Positions 18,693 through 30,029 of a DNA stretch of 64,000 nucleotides are shown in pieces (position 1 is the first letter of the stretch; every line of letters starts with the position of its first letter). The DNA lies in assembly GCA_965205865.1 (NCBI GenBank), contig CBDBHR010000029.1, positions 512,001 through 576,000 on the forward strand. The letters are read 5' to 3'. Under the pieces are notes generated by a model. That model was not told the DNA's origin, did not search any database, and saw nothing but the letters and a program-made list of their open reading frames with translations. Origin of the DNA: a bacterium. GTDB taxonomy: Bacteria; SAR324; NAC60-12. The translations under genes were made by a program, and so were the position numbers.

Positions 18693-20528
18693 CTAATAAC
18701 CCATTTTCTTCTTCAGATCCTGGTCAATCCAGAGGCGGGTAAAAATGGACAATATTTGACCGTTTCCCATCCAGCTTTCACCGTTAAAACCTATGATCCA
18801 CGGTTGGACCGCGGTATACTGTGGAGCGCCAGGAGTGTATATCGACCAGAACTTCTCAATCCCATACTGATTCAATTCCCGAACTAACCGGTACTGCTCC
18901 TCAAGAGTGGCAGCGGTTTCGGCGGCTTCAAACTTGGCTGTATAAAACGGGTCGTCGACATTGGAGCTGTTCCAATGTGCGCCTGGCGTATAACGTTTAG
19001 TGCCGGGCCCCAATGGATCCCCCCACCAGGCGCTTTCCGTATTCATCATTTCGAAATCCCTCGCCTTCCTTCTAGCGGACCAGTTAGCCGGCACTTCTTC
19101 TACACTAATCTCTACTTCAACGCCAATCTTACCCCAGTATGAAGCGACTAATTGCGCATAGTTCAAATCTGTCGCGAGGTGCATCAACTCGGTCTTGAAC
19201 CGAATGCCGTCCGCGCCGCGGAGATATCCGGCCTCATCAAGCAACGCTTCGGCCCCTTCCGGATCGTAGTTAAAGACCTTCTTGACATCTTCGGGCCAAT
19301 CTTCGAATTGGATGACCGCCTTTGAGGACCGGCTTAGCATCCCCTGAGGTATCGTATCGGCATAACCCTTATAGTAGGCACTGTTAATTTCTTCGATATT
19401 GATGGCCATTTGTATGGCCTTGCGCACTCTGATGTCGTCAAAGGGCTTTATCTGAACGTTCATGCCATAAGCATTATCATTCCGAAAAGCAAACGGCCAT
19501 ATCACGATATCGGGGTTGGTCCGCTGGAGGCTCTCTACCTGGTCGATAGTCTTCAGTTGAGATCCCCCGAGCGAACCGATGTAATCAACCTTACCCGTGC
19601 GCAGTGCCGCCAGTTGTGTTGCCACTTCGGGCATAGTCAGGGACCTTAGCTGGTCAATATAGGGTAAGCGATTCCCTGGGTATTTCTCGTCGTGGCCCCA
19701 GTAGTCAGGATTCTTGACCCAGGTGACAGAACTGTCCTTGGTCCAGTCCGTCAGCATCATGGGGCCGGTACCGACCAGGTTCCTCCAATCCGTAACGTCC
19801 CCGTGTTCCTTGATGACCTCGGGGGGGTATATCCGGGCAGCCCAGTCGTCGAGGATAGAAGCCAGCGCACTGAGCCTTGGCTCCTTCAGCTTAAAAACAA
19901 CTGTCGATTTGTCGGTGGCCGTGATCGATTCCAAGTCCCAACCTTTGAAGCTGGAAGCGTTAGGGCTTTTTTCGGCGAAACCGCTACCCATACCCAACAG
20001 ACGATGGAAGTTGTACTCGATATCCTTGGCCGTCAATGATCTGCCATTCATCGGGGTTTTCTTGTGCCAGTGAACGCCCTGACGGATATGGAAGGTATAG
20101 GTGAGGCCGTCCGGGGAAATATCCCAGCTTTCAGCCAGCGCCCCTGTCGTGTTGGCTGGAGGGAGGAGTTCATAGACGCCGAAGGAAAACTTGTCCCTGT
20201 GTATTGCCCAGTCCGCGATGCCCAGCTTCTCTACAACGACACCGGCGGTGTTATGCGCCCCTCCACCCTGGGCCACATGGTCAGGACCCGGCCACTCTCT
20301 TGATAGGGCGAAAGTTATTGTCCCGCCATACTCTGGTGCGGTCACCATTTTTCCGGTGCTTGGGTCCGTCACCATCTTTTTCTCAGTGGCCACGGCTGCA
20401 GGGCTGACCCAGAAGGCGGCCACCATCAGGGTGAAGGTGAGCAATAAGGATTGCGTTTTTGCGGCAGATAAGGCGCCTGCCGGGTTCTGCCCAACGATGG
20501 GGGCGAGAAGTTTCTTTAGAATACCCAT
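18693..20528 (-). CDS. peptide/nickel ABC transporter substrate-binding protein (family 5)
   Basis: GAGG RBS before MGILKK; signal peptide; LAESW, VGTGP, NPDYW, VRKAIQMAIN, LLDEAGY. The frame also extends to an upstream ATG at 20702. Confidence 0.93.
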   Translation of the reverse strand: MGILKKLLAPIVGQNPAGALSAAKTQSLLLTFTLMVAAFWVSPAAVATEKKMVTDPSTGKMVTAPEYGGTITFALSREWPGPDHVAQGGGAHNTAGVVVEKLGIADWAIHRDKFSFGVYELLPPANTTGALAESWDISPDGLTYTFHIRQGVHWHKKTPMNGRSLTAKDIEYNFHRLLGMGSGFAEKSPNASSFKGWDLESITATDKSTVVFKLKEPRLSALASILDDWAARIYPPEVIKEHGDVTDWRNLVGTGPMMLTDWTKDSSVTWVKNPDYWGHDEKYPGNRLPYIDQLRSLTMPEVATQLAALRTGKVDYIGSLGGSQLKTIDQVESLQRTNPDIVIWPFAFRNDNAYGMNVQIKPFDDIRVRKAIQMAINIEEINSAYYKGYADTIPQGMLSRSSKAVIQFEDWPEDVKKVFNYDPEGAEALLDEAGYLRGADGIRFKTELMHLATDLNYAQLVASYWGKIGVEVEISVEEVPANWSARRKARDFEMMNTESAWWGDPLGPGTKRYTPGAHWNSSNVDDPFYTAKFEAAETAATLEEQYRLVRELNQYGIEKFWSIYTPGAPQYTAVQPWIIGFNGESWMGNGQILSIFTRLWIDQDLKKKMGY

Positions 20529-20529
20529 A

Positions 20530-21180
20530 GTAACCTCTTTCAATTGAGGGTGAAGAGAACGATTCACTCGCCATTGAGTGAATTGGATCCCCGCTCCCCG
20601 CTTTCGCGGGGACAAGTTTGCGAGGACAAGCTTTTGTATAGCAGACACGACGTCTGCCACGTTTAGCCCCACGATTGGGGCCAGGAATTGTTTAATATCC
20701 ATGATTACCTTTATAATGAAAGAGCAATGTAACTATTCGGGTCTCTGAAAAACCCGTTTAGTTAAATATCGTTTAAAAAAGATTCCCGGGGAGGATCAAT
20801 CGTTTTCAAGTCCTCTCACGATATTGTTCAATCGATCGGGAACCCTCTCATTCACTAAAACAACTTAATAATGGCATGATCCTAGTACAACACGATGTAA
20901 TATCAACCCCCTAATGTAAAATAAATGCGGGATTCGCAAAAAAAAAAATCAATAAATCTGCTCAAATCCGGGGACAGTCAGAAGCCGTTCAGTTCAATAA
21001 CGTTGAAAAAAGATTCCCGGGAAGGATCCATCATTTTCACATCCTCCCAGGGTATTGTTCAATCGATCAAGCGGGAACCCTCCCACAGCTAATTTTGAAT
21101 CAAACGAGCGGAAATCCTCTCCTTCCCTTAAACAACAAGGCATGATTTTAGTACTACTACGCGGCGCAAAGCCTATAGCA
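20530..21180. repeat. duplicated upstream region of ABC SBP operon (copy 1)
   Basis: Colinear with 48886-49531; contains an internal duplication and ~35-bp motif repeats. Confidence 0.85.
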
Positions 21181-21546
21181 AATAAGGATGGGTGTGCTGT
21201 TTTGAGCAAACATCTCTGAAATATCCAACCCTGACCGCTTTTTCTGCTGACCAAGGGATATTATGGCACCTCGCTGGAGTTTGTTGAAAAAGTATTGGGA
21301 CTGAAACTCGACATCGCAAAAGGAATAAAGGGCAATTTGGTCCTCTTGAAAAAACGTTGGATTGTGGAGCGGACATTCGCATGGTTCGGGGGATTCAGAA
21401 GATTAGCCAAAGATTTTGAAATCCTCCCACAATATCATCTGATCGATGGTGTGGGAACCCTCACAAACACTGCTGAAAATATGATTCGTATTGCCATGAT
21501 CAGAGTTACCGTAGCCAAGTGTGTTTGTTAACCAAACGGCTTCTAA
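20980..21546 (+). mobile_element. IS5-family (IS427/IS1031-like) remnant
   Basis: C-terminal KKRWIVERTFAWFGGFRRLAKDFE. The end AACCAAACGGCTTCTA is an imperfect inverted repeat of AGAAGCCGTTCAGTT at ~20981. Confidence 0.7.
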
Positions 21547-21637
21547 GCGATCAGAGATAGCCGGAATTACTTTTCCCTTAAAATGGATTATATTGACATA
21601 CTTTGATGCGATCGAATCATTCCATCTCCCATGTTCC

Positions 21638-22114
21638 ATGCAAATGCGCCAGCTCTTGAATAGGAGGAAGAAGATAGCTATTTCCTGGTCGGCTTCCATC
21701 ACCTTGCCTCTTGATGAAAAAGAGCTGATGGAGTACCTGCAGAGTTTTTTAGAAACCCTTGGCCATGCGGAGCGTACGATTTCACTTTATTTCACGGATG
21801 ACCATGAAATCCGGGAATTGAACCGCCGCTACCGCGATCACGACAGAGCCACCGACGTGCTTTCCTGGTCTTACTGGGAAAGCGATCCTGAGAGTGAGAT
21901 GCTTGGAGAAATCGTGATTTCCATGGATCGTGTTAAAGAGCAGGCGCGGACTAATTGTTTGTCCGAAGATGCTGAATTGATCCGCTTGCTGGCTCATGGC
22001 TGTGCCCATTTGGTTGGTTATGACCATGAAGGTTCCCTCGAGGAGGAAAAAAGAATGCTGGCTGTGGAAGCAAAGATGTTGGGCAAAGTTGGTTTTGGAT
22101 ATATCTATTCTTGA
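21638..22114 (+). CDS. ybeY: rRNA maturation RNase YbeY
   Basis: LNRRYRDHDRATDVLS and HGCAHLVGYDH metal motif; start codon uncertain. Confidence 0.92.
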   Translation: MQMRQLLNRRKKIAISWSASITLPLDEKELMEYLQSFLETLGHAERTISLYFTDDHEIRELNRRYRDHDRATDVLSWSYWESDPESEMLGEIVISMDRVKEQARTNCLSEDAELIRLLAHGCAHLVGYDHEGSLEEEKRMLAVEAKMLGKVGFGYIYS

Positions 22115-22237
22115 TTTGGCGCAAAGAACTTGTAAAATCAGGTGTCGTCGGCCAAGTTCTCTCACTCACGCCCCAGTGTATATAAATTATTGGTGAGTCC
22201 GTGGGCTCAATCGATTTTTCAGGAAAAAGGTTTTGTG

Positions 22238-22594
22238 ATGGCGCCATTGTTTGTTTTTTATGATGAAAGCTGTGGATTCTGTTGCGGAGTCGCGTCCGTG
22301 CTTTCCAAATTGTCACCATCTGCGGTCGTATACCAAAAAGCAGCCGATATGGAGCAATTCAGCCAGCACGCCAAAGCCTTGCAGAATCGATACCGCGATC
22401 TCCATGCCGTGATGGGTGACAAGGTGTTCCGGGGCTACGACTGCTACCTGCAAATCGCGGAAAAAACTACCCTGCTGAAACCCCTGTCTTTTATGATGAG
22501 GTTGCCCCCGGTTCGCTTCATTGGAGAAAGAGTCTATCGTCACATTGCTGACCACCGTAAGTGTGATACCAACCCCCTGACGCGTTCCGGATGA
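22238..22594 (+). CDS. DCC1-like (DUF393) thiol-disulfide oxidoreductase family protein
   Basis: FYDESCGFC (DxxCxxC) and YRHIADHR. Confidence 0.85.
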   Translation: MAPLFVFYDESCGFCCGVASVLSKLSPSAVVYQKAADMEQFSQHAKALQNRYRDLHAVMGDKVFRGYDCYLQIAEKTTLLKPLSFMMRLPPVRFIGERVYRHIADHRKCDTNPLTRSG

Positions 22595-22601
22595 AGGAAT
22601 C

Positions 22602-24425
22602 ATGACCAACCCCCGGCAACTACTCCATACGGTTTTCGGCTATGAAACATTCCGCAACAAGCAGGAATCTGTCGTCCGGCACCTGGTCGATGGCAGAGAT
22701 GCTCTGGTGCTCATGCCGACGGGAGGAGGAAAATCCTTATGTTATCAAATTCCCGGAATCCTCCGTGCCGGCGTGGCGATTGTGGTCTCCCCCCTGATCT
22801 CCCTGATGCAGGACCAGGTGGAGGCGCTTTTACAACTGGGAGTGAAAGCCGCCTATCTCAACTCCTCGCTTTCCCGGCAGGAAGCCCTCTACGTGGAGCA
22901 TCAATTGCAACATGAGGAAATCGATTTACTCTACGTCGCCCCCGAACGTCTGCTGAGCGAGCATTTCCTGGAATTGTTGAACCGAACTCCGCTTGCTTTG
23001 TTTGCCATCGATGAGGCCCATTGCGTTTCCCAATGGGGACATGACTTTCGTCCCGAATACATCCAATTGAACATTCTTCATGAACGCTATCCCCAAGTCC
23101 CTCGCATTGCATTGACGGCAACTGCGGACCATCCGACGCGACATGAAATCATTGAAAAGCTGGGACTGGAAGGCGCCCGGATCTTTTCCACCGGATTTGA
23201 CCGTCCAAATATTTATTATCGCATCACCCTGCGAGAAAATATCAGAAAGCAACTGCTCGAATTTTTGGAAAACGAACATGCGGAAGATGCAGGAATCGTT
23301 TATTGCATGACACGCAAAAAAGTGGACGAGATCGCCCGGTGGCTCGTCGATCGAGGGTGGGATGCCCTGCCCTATCATGCCGGGCTGGAAACAGGGATTC
23401 GACAACAAAATCAAAAACGATTCCTGCAGGATGAAGGAGTGATCATGGTCGCCACCATCGCCTTTGGCATGGGAATCGATAAATCGAATGTACGTTTCGT
23501 TGCGCATCTGGGGCTTCCAAAAAGCCTGGAAGCCTATTACCAGGAAACAGGTCGGGCGGGACGAGATGGCTTGCCGGCCGATGCATGGATGCTATATGGC
23601 TATCAAGACCTGGTGATTTTGCGCCAGATGATTGCCGACTCCGAGGCGGGAGAACGGCGCAAAATGATCGAGCAACGGAAACTCAACGCTATTCTGGGTT
23701 TTTGCGAAACCACCGTCTGCCGGCGTCAGGTGTTGCTCAATTATTTTGGAGAAAATCTGGAATATCCCTGTGGCAATTGTGATACCTGCACGACTCCCGT
23801 GGAAAGCTGGGACGGCACCGTAGCGGCTCAAATGGCCCTTTCCTGTGTTTATCGCACCGGAATGCGCTTTGGAGTTCATTACCTCATCGACGTATTGCTG
23901 GGACACCGGACGGAGCGAATCCATCGCTTTCAACATGACCATATCAGCACCTTCGGCATTGGCGGGGAATTGTCCAGGCAACAATGGTTTTCCGTTTTCA
24001 GGCAACTGGTCGCCATGGGTTTGCTCATGGTCGACGTGGAAGGATACGGCACGTTGCAGCTGACAGGAAATGCTCGTTCAGTGCTCCGTGGTGAGCAATC
24101 GCTGCGTTTTCGCAAAGATCCGGCTCCTGCTGAAAAAGCTCCAAAACATGCCAGCAAAAAAGTATCGGTTTGGGACGATGCGAACGATCAGGCATTGTGG
24201 GCGGATCTGCGTCAATGCCGGCTGGATCTCGCACATGAACAGGGAGTGCCGCCTTATGTTATTTTTCACGACAGTACGCTTGAAGAGATGGTATGTCGCA
24301 AACCCGGAACCTTGCAGGAAATGGGACAACTATCCGGTATGGGTGAGCAGAAGCTGAAGCGATACGGCACCGCCTTTCTGGAGGTTTTGGAAGAGCATAT
24401 TGCTTATCAATGGGAGGAAAGATAG
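22602..24425 (+). CDS. recQ: ATP-dependent DNA helicase RecQ
   Basis: [35 protein letters not shown] zinc cysteines, HRDC domain. Confidence 0.97.
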   Translation: MTNPRQLLHTVFGYETFRNKQESVVRHLVDGRDALVLMPTGGGKSLCYQIPGILRAGVAIVVSPLISLMQDQVEALLQLGVKAAYLNSSLSRQEALYVEHQLQHEEIDLLYVAPERLLSEHFLELLNRTPLALFAIDEAHCVSQWGHDFRPEYIQLNILHERYPQVPRIALTATADHPTRHEIIEKLGLEGARIFSTGFDRPNIYYRITLRENIRKQLLEFLENEHAEDAGIVYCMTRKKVDEIARWLVDRGWDALPYHAGLETGIRQQNQKRFLQDEGVIMVATIAFGMGIDKSNVRFVAHLGLPKSLEAYYQETGRAGRDGLPADAWMLYGYQDLVILRQMIADSEAGERRKMIEQRKLNAILGFCETTVCRRQVLLNYFGENLEYPCGNCDTCTTPVESWDGTVAAQMALSCVYRTGMRFGVHYLIDVLLGHRTERIHRFQHDHISTFGIGGELSRQQWFSVFRQLVAMGLLMVDVEGYGTLQLTGNARSVLRGEQSLRFRKDPAPAEKAPKHASKKVSVWDDANDQALWADLRQCRLDLAHEQGVPPYVIFHDSTLEEMVCRKPGTLQEMGQLSGMGEQKLKRYGTAFLEVLEEHIAYQWEER

Positions 24426-24449
24426 TTCCCTGAAGAGGAGGAGTGCTCA

Positions 24450-25850
24450 CTATAGATGAATCGGACGATTGTCGGTTGCAGCCAGACAGGCTTCTTTGAA
24501 AGCTTCGGTGAAGGTCGGATGCGCATGCGAAATCCGCGAAATGTCCTCGGCGCTGGCCCGGTATTCCAGAGCAACGACTGCTTCGGCAATCAAATCGGCA
24601 ATCCGCGCGCCAATCATATGCACCCCCAGAATCTCGTCTGTTTCCCGGTCGGCGAGAACTTTGATGAAACCGTCCGTATCATGTGCTGCTCTTGCCCGTC
24701 CGAGCGCCTTGAAGGGAAAGGTACCCGACTTGAGGGAACGCCCCGCTTTCCTGAGTTCTTCTTCAGTGTGCCCCACACCGGCAACTTCAGGCCAGGTGTA
24801 AACCACTGATGGAATTGCCCGGTAGTTGATGTGGGGTTTTTGACCGGCCATGATTTCTGCAACATAGATTCCTTCTTCTTCGGCCTTGTGCGCCAACATT
24901 GCTCCACGGATCACATCTCCGATCGCATAGACGCCCGGAACAGAGGTTTCCAGATGGTCGTTGACCGGGATCGATCCCTTTTCGGTTCGGATGCCAATGT
25001 TTTCCAATCCCAGCTTGTCGGTATATGGACGTCTTCCTACGGCCACCAGGCAATAATCCCCGTTGAAAGAGACCTCCTCTCCTTTCTTATTGTCGGCTTG
25101 GAGCAGCACTTTTTTGCTTTGCGCTTCCACCCTCTTGACCGTGTGGTCGAGGTGAAATACGATGCCCATTTTTTTGAGGATTCGTTGCAGTTCTTTTCCC
25201 AAAGCACGATCCATTGTTGGCAGGATGCCGTTCAAATACTCGATGACTTGGACTTTAGTACCGAGGCGCGCATATACTTGTCCCAATTCCAAACCAATTG
25301 CGCCTGCCCCGATGACCAGGATTTCTCCAGGGACGTCTTGCAGGGTCAGGGCTTCCGTGGAAGTGATGATGCGTTTTTTATCAATTTCCACTCCCGGCGT
25401 GGTCGAGGGCTTCGATCCGCTGGCAATGATGGTTTTACGGGTTTCAATAGTTTCTTTGGATCCGTCCGCATTGGCAATTTCGATCGTGTTGGCATCGACG
25501 AACGAGCCATGTCCCTGATGAACAACGATTTTATTCTTCCGCATCAGGTACCCGACTCCTTCACACGTTTGACGGACCACATCATCTTTACGCTTCATCA
25601 TTTGCGAGAAATCGGCTTTCAGACCTGAGAATTCGATGCCATGGATGGCAAAGGAATTCCGGGCCTGGTGGTAGTGTTCCGAAGAATCCAGCAAGGCTTT
25701 GGATGGGATACATCCCACATTCAGGCAGCTCCCCCCCAAGGTTGAATAGCGTTCGATGATTGCGGTTTTCATTCCCAACTGCGCGCATCGGATGGCTGCC
25801 ACATATCCTCCGGGGCCCGAACCGATGACGGTGACATCATAATTCATCAT
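24450..25850 (-). CDS. lpdA: dihydrolipoamide dehydrogenase (E3)
   Basis: GSGPGG, CLNVGCIPSK, HAHPTFTE. Confidence 0.97.
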   Translation of the reverse strand: MMNYDVTVIGSGPGGYVAAIRCAQLGMKTAIIERYSTLGGSCLNVGCIPSKALLDSSEHYHQARNSFAIHGIEFSGLKADFSQMMKRKDDVVRQTCEGVGYLMRKNKIVVHQGHGSFVDANTIEIANADGSKETIETRKTIIASGSKPSTTPGVEIDKKRIITSTEALTLQDVPGEILVIGAGAIGLELGQVYARLGTKVQVIEYLNGILPTMDRALGKELQRILKKMGIVFHLDHTVKRVEAQSKKVLLQADNKKGEEVSFNGDYCLVAVGRRPYTDKLGLENIGIRTEKGSIPVNDHLETSVPGVYAIGDVIRGAMLAHKAEEEGIYVAEIMAGQKPHINYRAIPSVVYTWPEVAGVGHTEEELRKAGRSLKSGTFPFKALGRARAAHDTDGFIKVLADRETDEILGVHMIGARIADLIAEAVVALEYRASAEDISRISHAHPTFTEAFKEACLAATDNRPIHL

Positions 25851-25876
25851 TGTTTTTCCATTGTTACGCGTTCCTG

Positions 25877-27103
25877 CTAAACCCCCAAAAGCAAACGTGC
25901 AGGATCTTCCAGGAATTCCTTGACCTTAAAAAGAAAGCTGACGGATTCTCGTCCATCAATGATACGGTGGTCATAGGAAAGCGCCACGTACATGACGGGG
26001 CGAATTTCCACTTGTCCATTGATCGCAAGGGGGCGCTGCGTAATATTATGTATTCCCAAAATAGCGCTTTGCGGTGGATTGATGATCGGAGTGGAAAGCA
26101 TGGAGCCGAAAATTCCCCCGTTGGTGATGGTGAAGGTTCCCCCCGTCATTTCGTCAATCGATAATTTGTTATCGCGCGCTTTAGCGGCAAGCCTTAAAAT
26201 TTCAGCTTCGATTTCAGCCATAACGAGCAATTCGGCGTTGCGGATGACAGGCACCACCAATCCTCTGGGCGCGCTGACCGCAATTCCCATGTCGACATAG
26301 TCATGAAAAATGATCTCATCCGCTTCAATGGCGCCATTGACCGCAGGAAATTCCTTGAGTGCTTCCGTGCAGGCTTTTGTAAAGAAGGACATGAAACCCA
26401 GTTTGACCTCGTGTTTCCTGGCGAACTTCTCTTTGTACCTGCTACGGAGTTCCATCACCCGGGACATGTCGATTTCATTGAAAGTCGTGAGCATTGCGGT
26501 TTCGTTTTTAACTGCAACCAGCCGTTCCGCAATTTTTTTGCGAAGCCTCGACATTTTTTCACGGCGTATGTTTCTTGTTCCGGTTGCCGGAGGTCTCGCC
26601 GGCGCTTGGGTTTCCTCCACTGGTGACTGATGTGCCGCTTTGGAGGATGTTTGCCCGGAAATCCGCGCCACCACATCCGCTTTGGTGACACGCCCTCCTT
26701 TGCCGGTTCCCGGGATTTTTCCCGCATCCAACCCTTTTTCGGTGATGATTTTTGCTGCTGCAACCGAGGGCGCCCCGGCTGCGGGAGAGGAGACGGGTGG
26801 TGATTCAACAACCGACGAAGAAGGAGCAACGGGTTGCAGTTCGGCAGCAGACGCCTCGAGGGGCGCATTACCAGGCGTGATAGTACAAAGCGCATCACCG
26901 ACTTTGGCCTCTTGCCCCTCCGAGATGAGGATTTTCAATATTCCGGAGACCTCTGCAGGGAATGGCAAAGTGGCCTTGTCGGTTTCGATCTCGCATATAA
27001 TCTCGTCAACCTCTACGTAGTCACCATCCGCTTTCAGCCACGATTCAATCACCACTTCGCTGATCGATTCGCCGGGACTGGGAATTTTAATTTCAATACT
27101 CAT
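25877..27103 (-). CDS. sucB: 2-oxoglutarate dehydrogenase E2 (dihydrolipoyl succinyltransferase)
   Basis: Lipoyl ETDKA, E3-binding [10 protein letters not shown], catalytic DHRIIDG. Confidence 0.96.
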   Translation of the reverse strand: MSIEIKIPSPGESISEVVIESWLKADGDYVEVDEIICEIETDKATLPFPAEVSGILKILISEGQEAKVGDALCTITPGNAPLEASAAELQPVAPSSSVVESPPVSSPAAGAPSVAAAKIITEKGLDAGKIPGTGKGGRVTKADVVARISGQTSSKAAHQSPVEETQAPARPPATGTRNIRREKMSRLRKKIAERLVAVKNETAMLTTFNEIDMSRVMELRSRYKEKFARKHEVKLGFMSFFTKACTEALKEFPAVNGAIEADEIIFHDYVDMGIAVSAPRGLVVPVIRNAELLVMAEIEAEILRLAAKARDNKLSIDEMTGGTFTITNGGIFGSMLSTPIINPPQSAILGIHNITQRPLAINGQVEIRPVMYVALSYDHRIIDGRESVSFLFKVKEFLEDPARLLLGV

Positions 27104-27201
27104 GATCAGTAGTTATCAATAAGGGGATTTCGATGCAACAGAAATCATATCATACCCCTTTCTCTTAATTCAATCAATTCTGTTGCCTGATTTTTTTAAT
27201 A

Positions 27202-27295
27202 TAACCTGAGCTCGAGATAAGAATTTAATAAATTCAATATGTTATAGAATCTTCATATCTTAGAGAAACCTTGTCATTCCAGCGAAAGCAAATCT
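27202..27295 (+). mobile_element. partial copy of the MITE at 31565
   Basis: TAACCTGAGCTCGAGATAAGAATTTAATAAATTCAATATG...GTCATTCC matches 31565-31650. Confidence 0.75.
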
Positions 27296-27311
27296 GCAGG
27301 CTCGTAAAAAT

Positions 27312-30029
27312 TTATTGCTTCCCGAAAGCCATATCCAGAATCTCCTGCTGTTCGCGCTTGTGCAATTTCATGAATCCAGTAGCCGGTGAAGCGCTTTCTT
27401 TCCGCGAAACCCGAGTGAGAGGAATCATTGTGAATTTACGCAAAATAAAAGGCCAGGGGCCCATATTTTCCGGTTCTTCCTGAACCCAGTAATATTGTCT
27501 GGCATTTTCATACCGCACCAGGATTTCTTCCAGGTGCCATTCCGGAAATGGATAAAGTTGTTCTACTCGAATGATGGCAACATCCCTGCGTTTCTCTTTT
27601 TGCTGTCGCTCCAGCAAATCATAGAAGATTTTTCCATGGCAAAATAGAAGACGTTCGGCAAACTGCGCAGTTGCATAGGGATCGACGATTACTTCGAGGA
27701 ATCGTTTCCCCGTGAAAAAATCTTCGGGTACGCTGGCGCATGATGAATGGCGGAGCAGACTTTTGGGACTCATCAATACAAGAGGCTTGCGAAAAGTGCG
27801 AGCGAGTTGTCGTCTCAAGACGTGGAACAGGTTGGCAGGCGTAGTACAATTGACGACCTGCAGGTTGTTTTCTGCGCACAATTCCAGATAACGCTCCAGG
27901 CGTGCTGAAGAGTGTTCAGGACCTTGTCCTTCAAATCCATGAGGCAGGAAAAGTACCAATCCGGACATGCGCTGCCATTTTGTTTCTGCCGCTGCCAGAA
28001 ATTGATCGATGATGACCTGTGCGCCATTGGCAAAATCTCCAAATTGCGCTTCCCAGATCGTCAACCCCTGTGGAACCGCAAGGGAATATCCGAATTCAAA
28101 ACCCAGAACCGCATATTCCGAAAGCAGGGAATTGTATATACTAAAAGGAGCTTGATTTTTACTGATATGCCTCAGGGGAACATATTCCTCTTCTGAGTCA
28201 GGCAGTTTGACCAGAGCATGACGCTGGGAAAAGGTTCCCCGTTCCACATCCTGTCCACTGACACGCACGGGAACCTGTTCGACCAGCAAAGATCCATAAG
28301 CCAACAGTTCCGCCATGGCCCAGTCAATTTTTCCATTGTCGCCAAGCATCTCGCGCCGGCCATTGAACAATCTTCTCAGTTTGGTAAAAAACTGTTTCTC
28401 TTCAGGAACCTGCGTGATTTTATCGGCAATCATTCGTAAAGTTGTTTCATCGATTCCAGTTTCGGGCGAGCGGTTAAAATCTTCTGCAACTGCCACGCGA
28501 AGGCCCTGCCAGTCTCCTTCCAGAAAAGAGGTGACCTGAGCAGTTTCCTTTTGCTTGGCTTCGATCAGTCGTTGTTGCAATTCTTCTCTGAATTCCAGTT
28601 CCATTTCATTCGCAACATGGGCGCCAATACTTCCCTGTTCGATGAGTTGGTTTCTATAGATTTCCCGGGGGTTGGGATGTTTAGCAATGATGTCATACAA
28701 GATAGGCTGAGTGAAACGGGGTTCATCGGATTCGTTGTGTCCATGTTTACGGTAAGAGACAATATCGACGAAAACATCCTGGTGGAATTGCTGTCGATAT
28801 TCCAGGGCCAAGCGGATCACATAAGAGACGGCTTCAATATCGTCTCCATTGATATGAAAAATGGGAGAAAGGGTGGTTTTGGCCAAATCGGTACAGTATG
28901 TGCTGGAACGGGCATCGAGATAATTGGTCGTAAACCCGATTTGATTGTTCAGTACGACATGAACGGTCCCTCCTGTCCCGTAGCCTCGGAGAGTGGACAT
29001 TTGAATCACCTCATAGTTGATTCCCTGACCAGCAATAGCGGCGTCTCCATGGATTAAAACGGGCGTGATTTTATTAAAGTCTCCCCCATATCGAAAATCG
29101 GCTTTTGCCCTTACAATGCCTTCTACGACAGGATTGACCGCTTCTAAATGAGAAGGATTGGGGGTGAGGCTCAAATGCACTTTTTTGCCATGCTCGGTGA
29201 ATTTATCACTGGAAAATCCCATGTGATATTTCACGTCTCCCGAAAAAAGAGCATCTTCCAGAGACTTTCCTTCAAATTCCGTAAAAATGGAATCGTAGGT
29301 TTTTTCCAGAATATTGGCCAATACATTCAAGCGTCCCCGATGTGCCATGCCGATGACGAATTCTTCGATTCCCAAATCGGCCCCTTTTTCCACAATTGCA
29401 TCCAGCGCCGGAATAACGCTTTCTGATCCTTCCAGGGAAAAGCGCTTTTGACCTGCAAATTTGGTATGGAGGAAATTTTCAAAAATGACTGCCTGATTCA
29501 ATTTATGCAAGAGACGTCTTTTCTCACCAGTGGAGAAATGGGGCTTGTTGCGGCAACTTTCCATTTTTTTTTGGAGCCAGGCGACCGCTTCCGGTGGACG
29601 CATGAATACATACTCCACACCGATAGCGCCGCAATAGGTTTCCTCCAGATGGTCGATGATTTCCGCCAGAGTGGCATTTTCCAGCCCGATGCGCATGCCT
29701 GCCTGAAAAACAGTGGGCAAGTCCGATGTGGTCAGTCCAAATTCCTTCACGTCGATGGGCGCGCCGTGCTGACGACGTGGACGCACCGGGTTCGTATTGG
29801 AATAAAGATGACCCCGCTGCCGATAAGCCCCGATTAAATTGATCACGGCCACCTCTTTCCGGAATCCGGCGAAACGTTCTTCTTCTCCGAATCCGTGTCG
29901 GGAAAAATCAAATCCCTCGAAAAATCGCTGCCATTCTTCATCTAAGGAAAGGCGGTCCGCTCGAAATTGATTATACATATCCTCGATCACCGATAAATCC
30001 GCATTGCTCAAGAAAGAATAGGTATCCAT
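27312..30029 (-). CDS. sucA: 2-oxoglutarate dehydrogenase E1
   Basis: KRFSLEG, GMAHRGRLN, HGDAA, WEAQFGDF, GPEHSSAR. Confidence 0.97.
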   Translation of the reverse strand: MDTYSFLSNADLSVIEDMYNQFRADRLSLDEEWQRFFEGFDFSRHGFGEEERFAGFRKEVAVINLIGAYRQRGHLYSNTNPVRPRRQHGAPIDVKEFGLTTSDLPTVFQAGMRIGLENATLAEIIDHLEETYCGAIGVEYVFMRPPEAVAWLQKKMESCRNKPHFSTGEKRRLLHKLNQAVIFENFLHTKFAGQKRFSLEGSESVIPALDAIVEKGADLGIEEFVIGMAHRGRLNVLANILEKTYDSIFTEFEGKSLEDALFSGDVKYHMGFSSDKFTEHGKKVHLSLTPNPSHLEAVNPVVEGIVRAKADFRYGGDFNKITPVLIHGDAAIAGQGINYEVIQMSTLRGYGTGGTVHVVLNNQIGFTTNYLDARSSTYCTDLAKTTLSPIFHINGDDIEAVSYVIRLALEYRQQFHQDVFVDIVSYRKHGHNESDEPRFTQPILYDIIAKHPNPREIYRNQLIEQGSIGAHVANEMELEFREELQQRLIEAKQKETAQVTSFLEGDWQGLRVAVAEDFNRSPETGIDETTLRMIADKITQVPEEKQFFTKLRRLFNGRREMLGDNGKIDWAMAELLAYGSLLVEQVPVRVSGQDVERGTFSQRHALVKLPDSEEEYVPLRHISKNQAPFSIYNSLLSEYAVLGFEFGYSLAVPQGLTIWEAQFGDFANGAQVIIDQFLAAAETKWQRMSGLVLFLPHGFEGQGPEHSSARLERYLELCAENNLQVVNCTTPANLFHVLRRQLARTFRKPLVLMSPKSLLRHSSCASVPEDFFTGKRFLEVIVDPYATAQFAERLLFCHGKIFYDLLERQQKEKRRDVAIIRVEQLYPFPEWHLEEILVRYENARQYYWVQEEPENMGPWPFILRKFTMIPLTRVSRKESASPATGFMKLHKREQQEILDMAFGKQ

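Noticed and set aside
20740-21180. ~35-bp repeats as a CRISPR array
   Set aside because: They are degenerate, occur only 1-2 per unit, and are separated by too few bases to be spacers.
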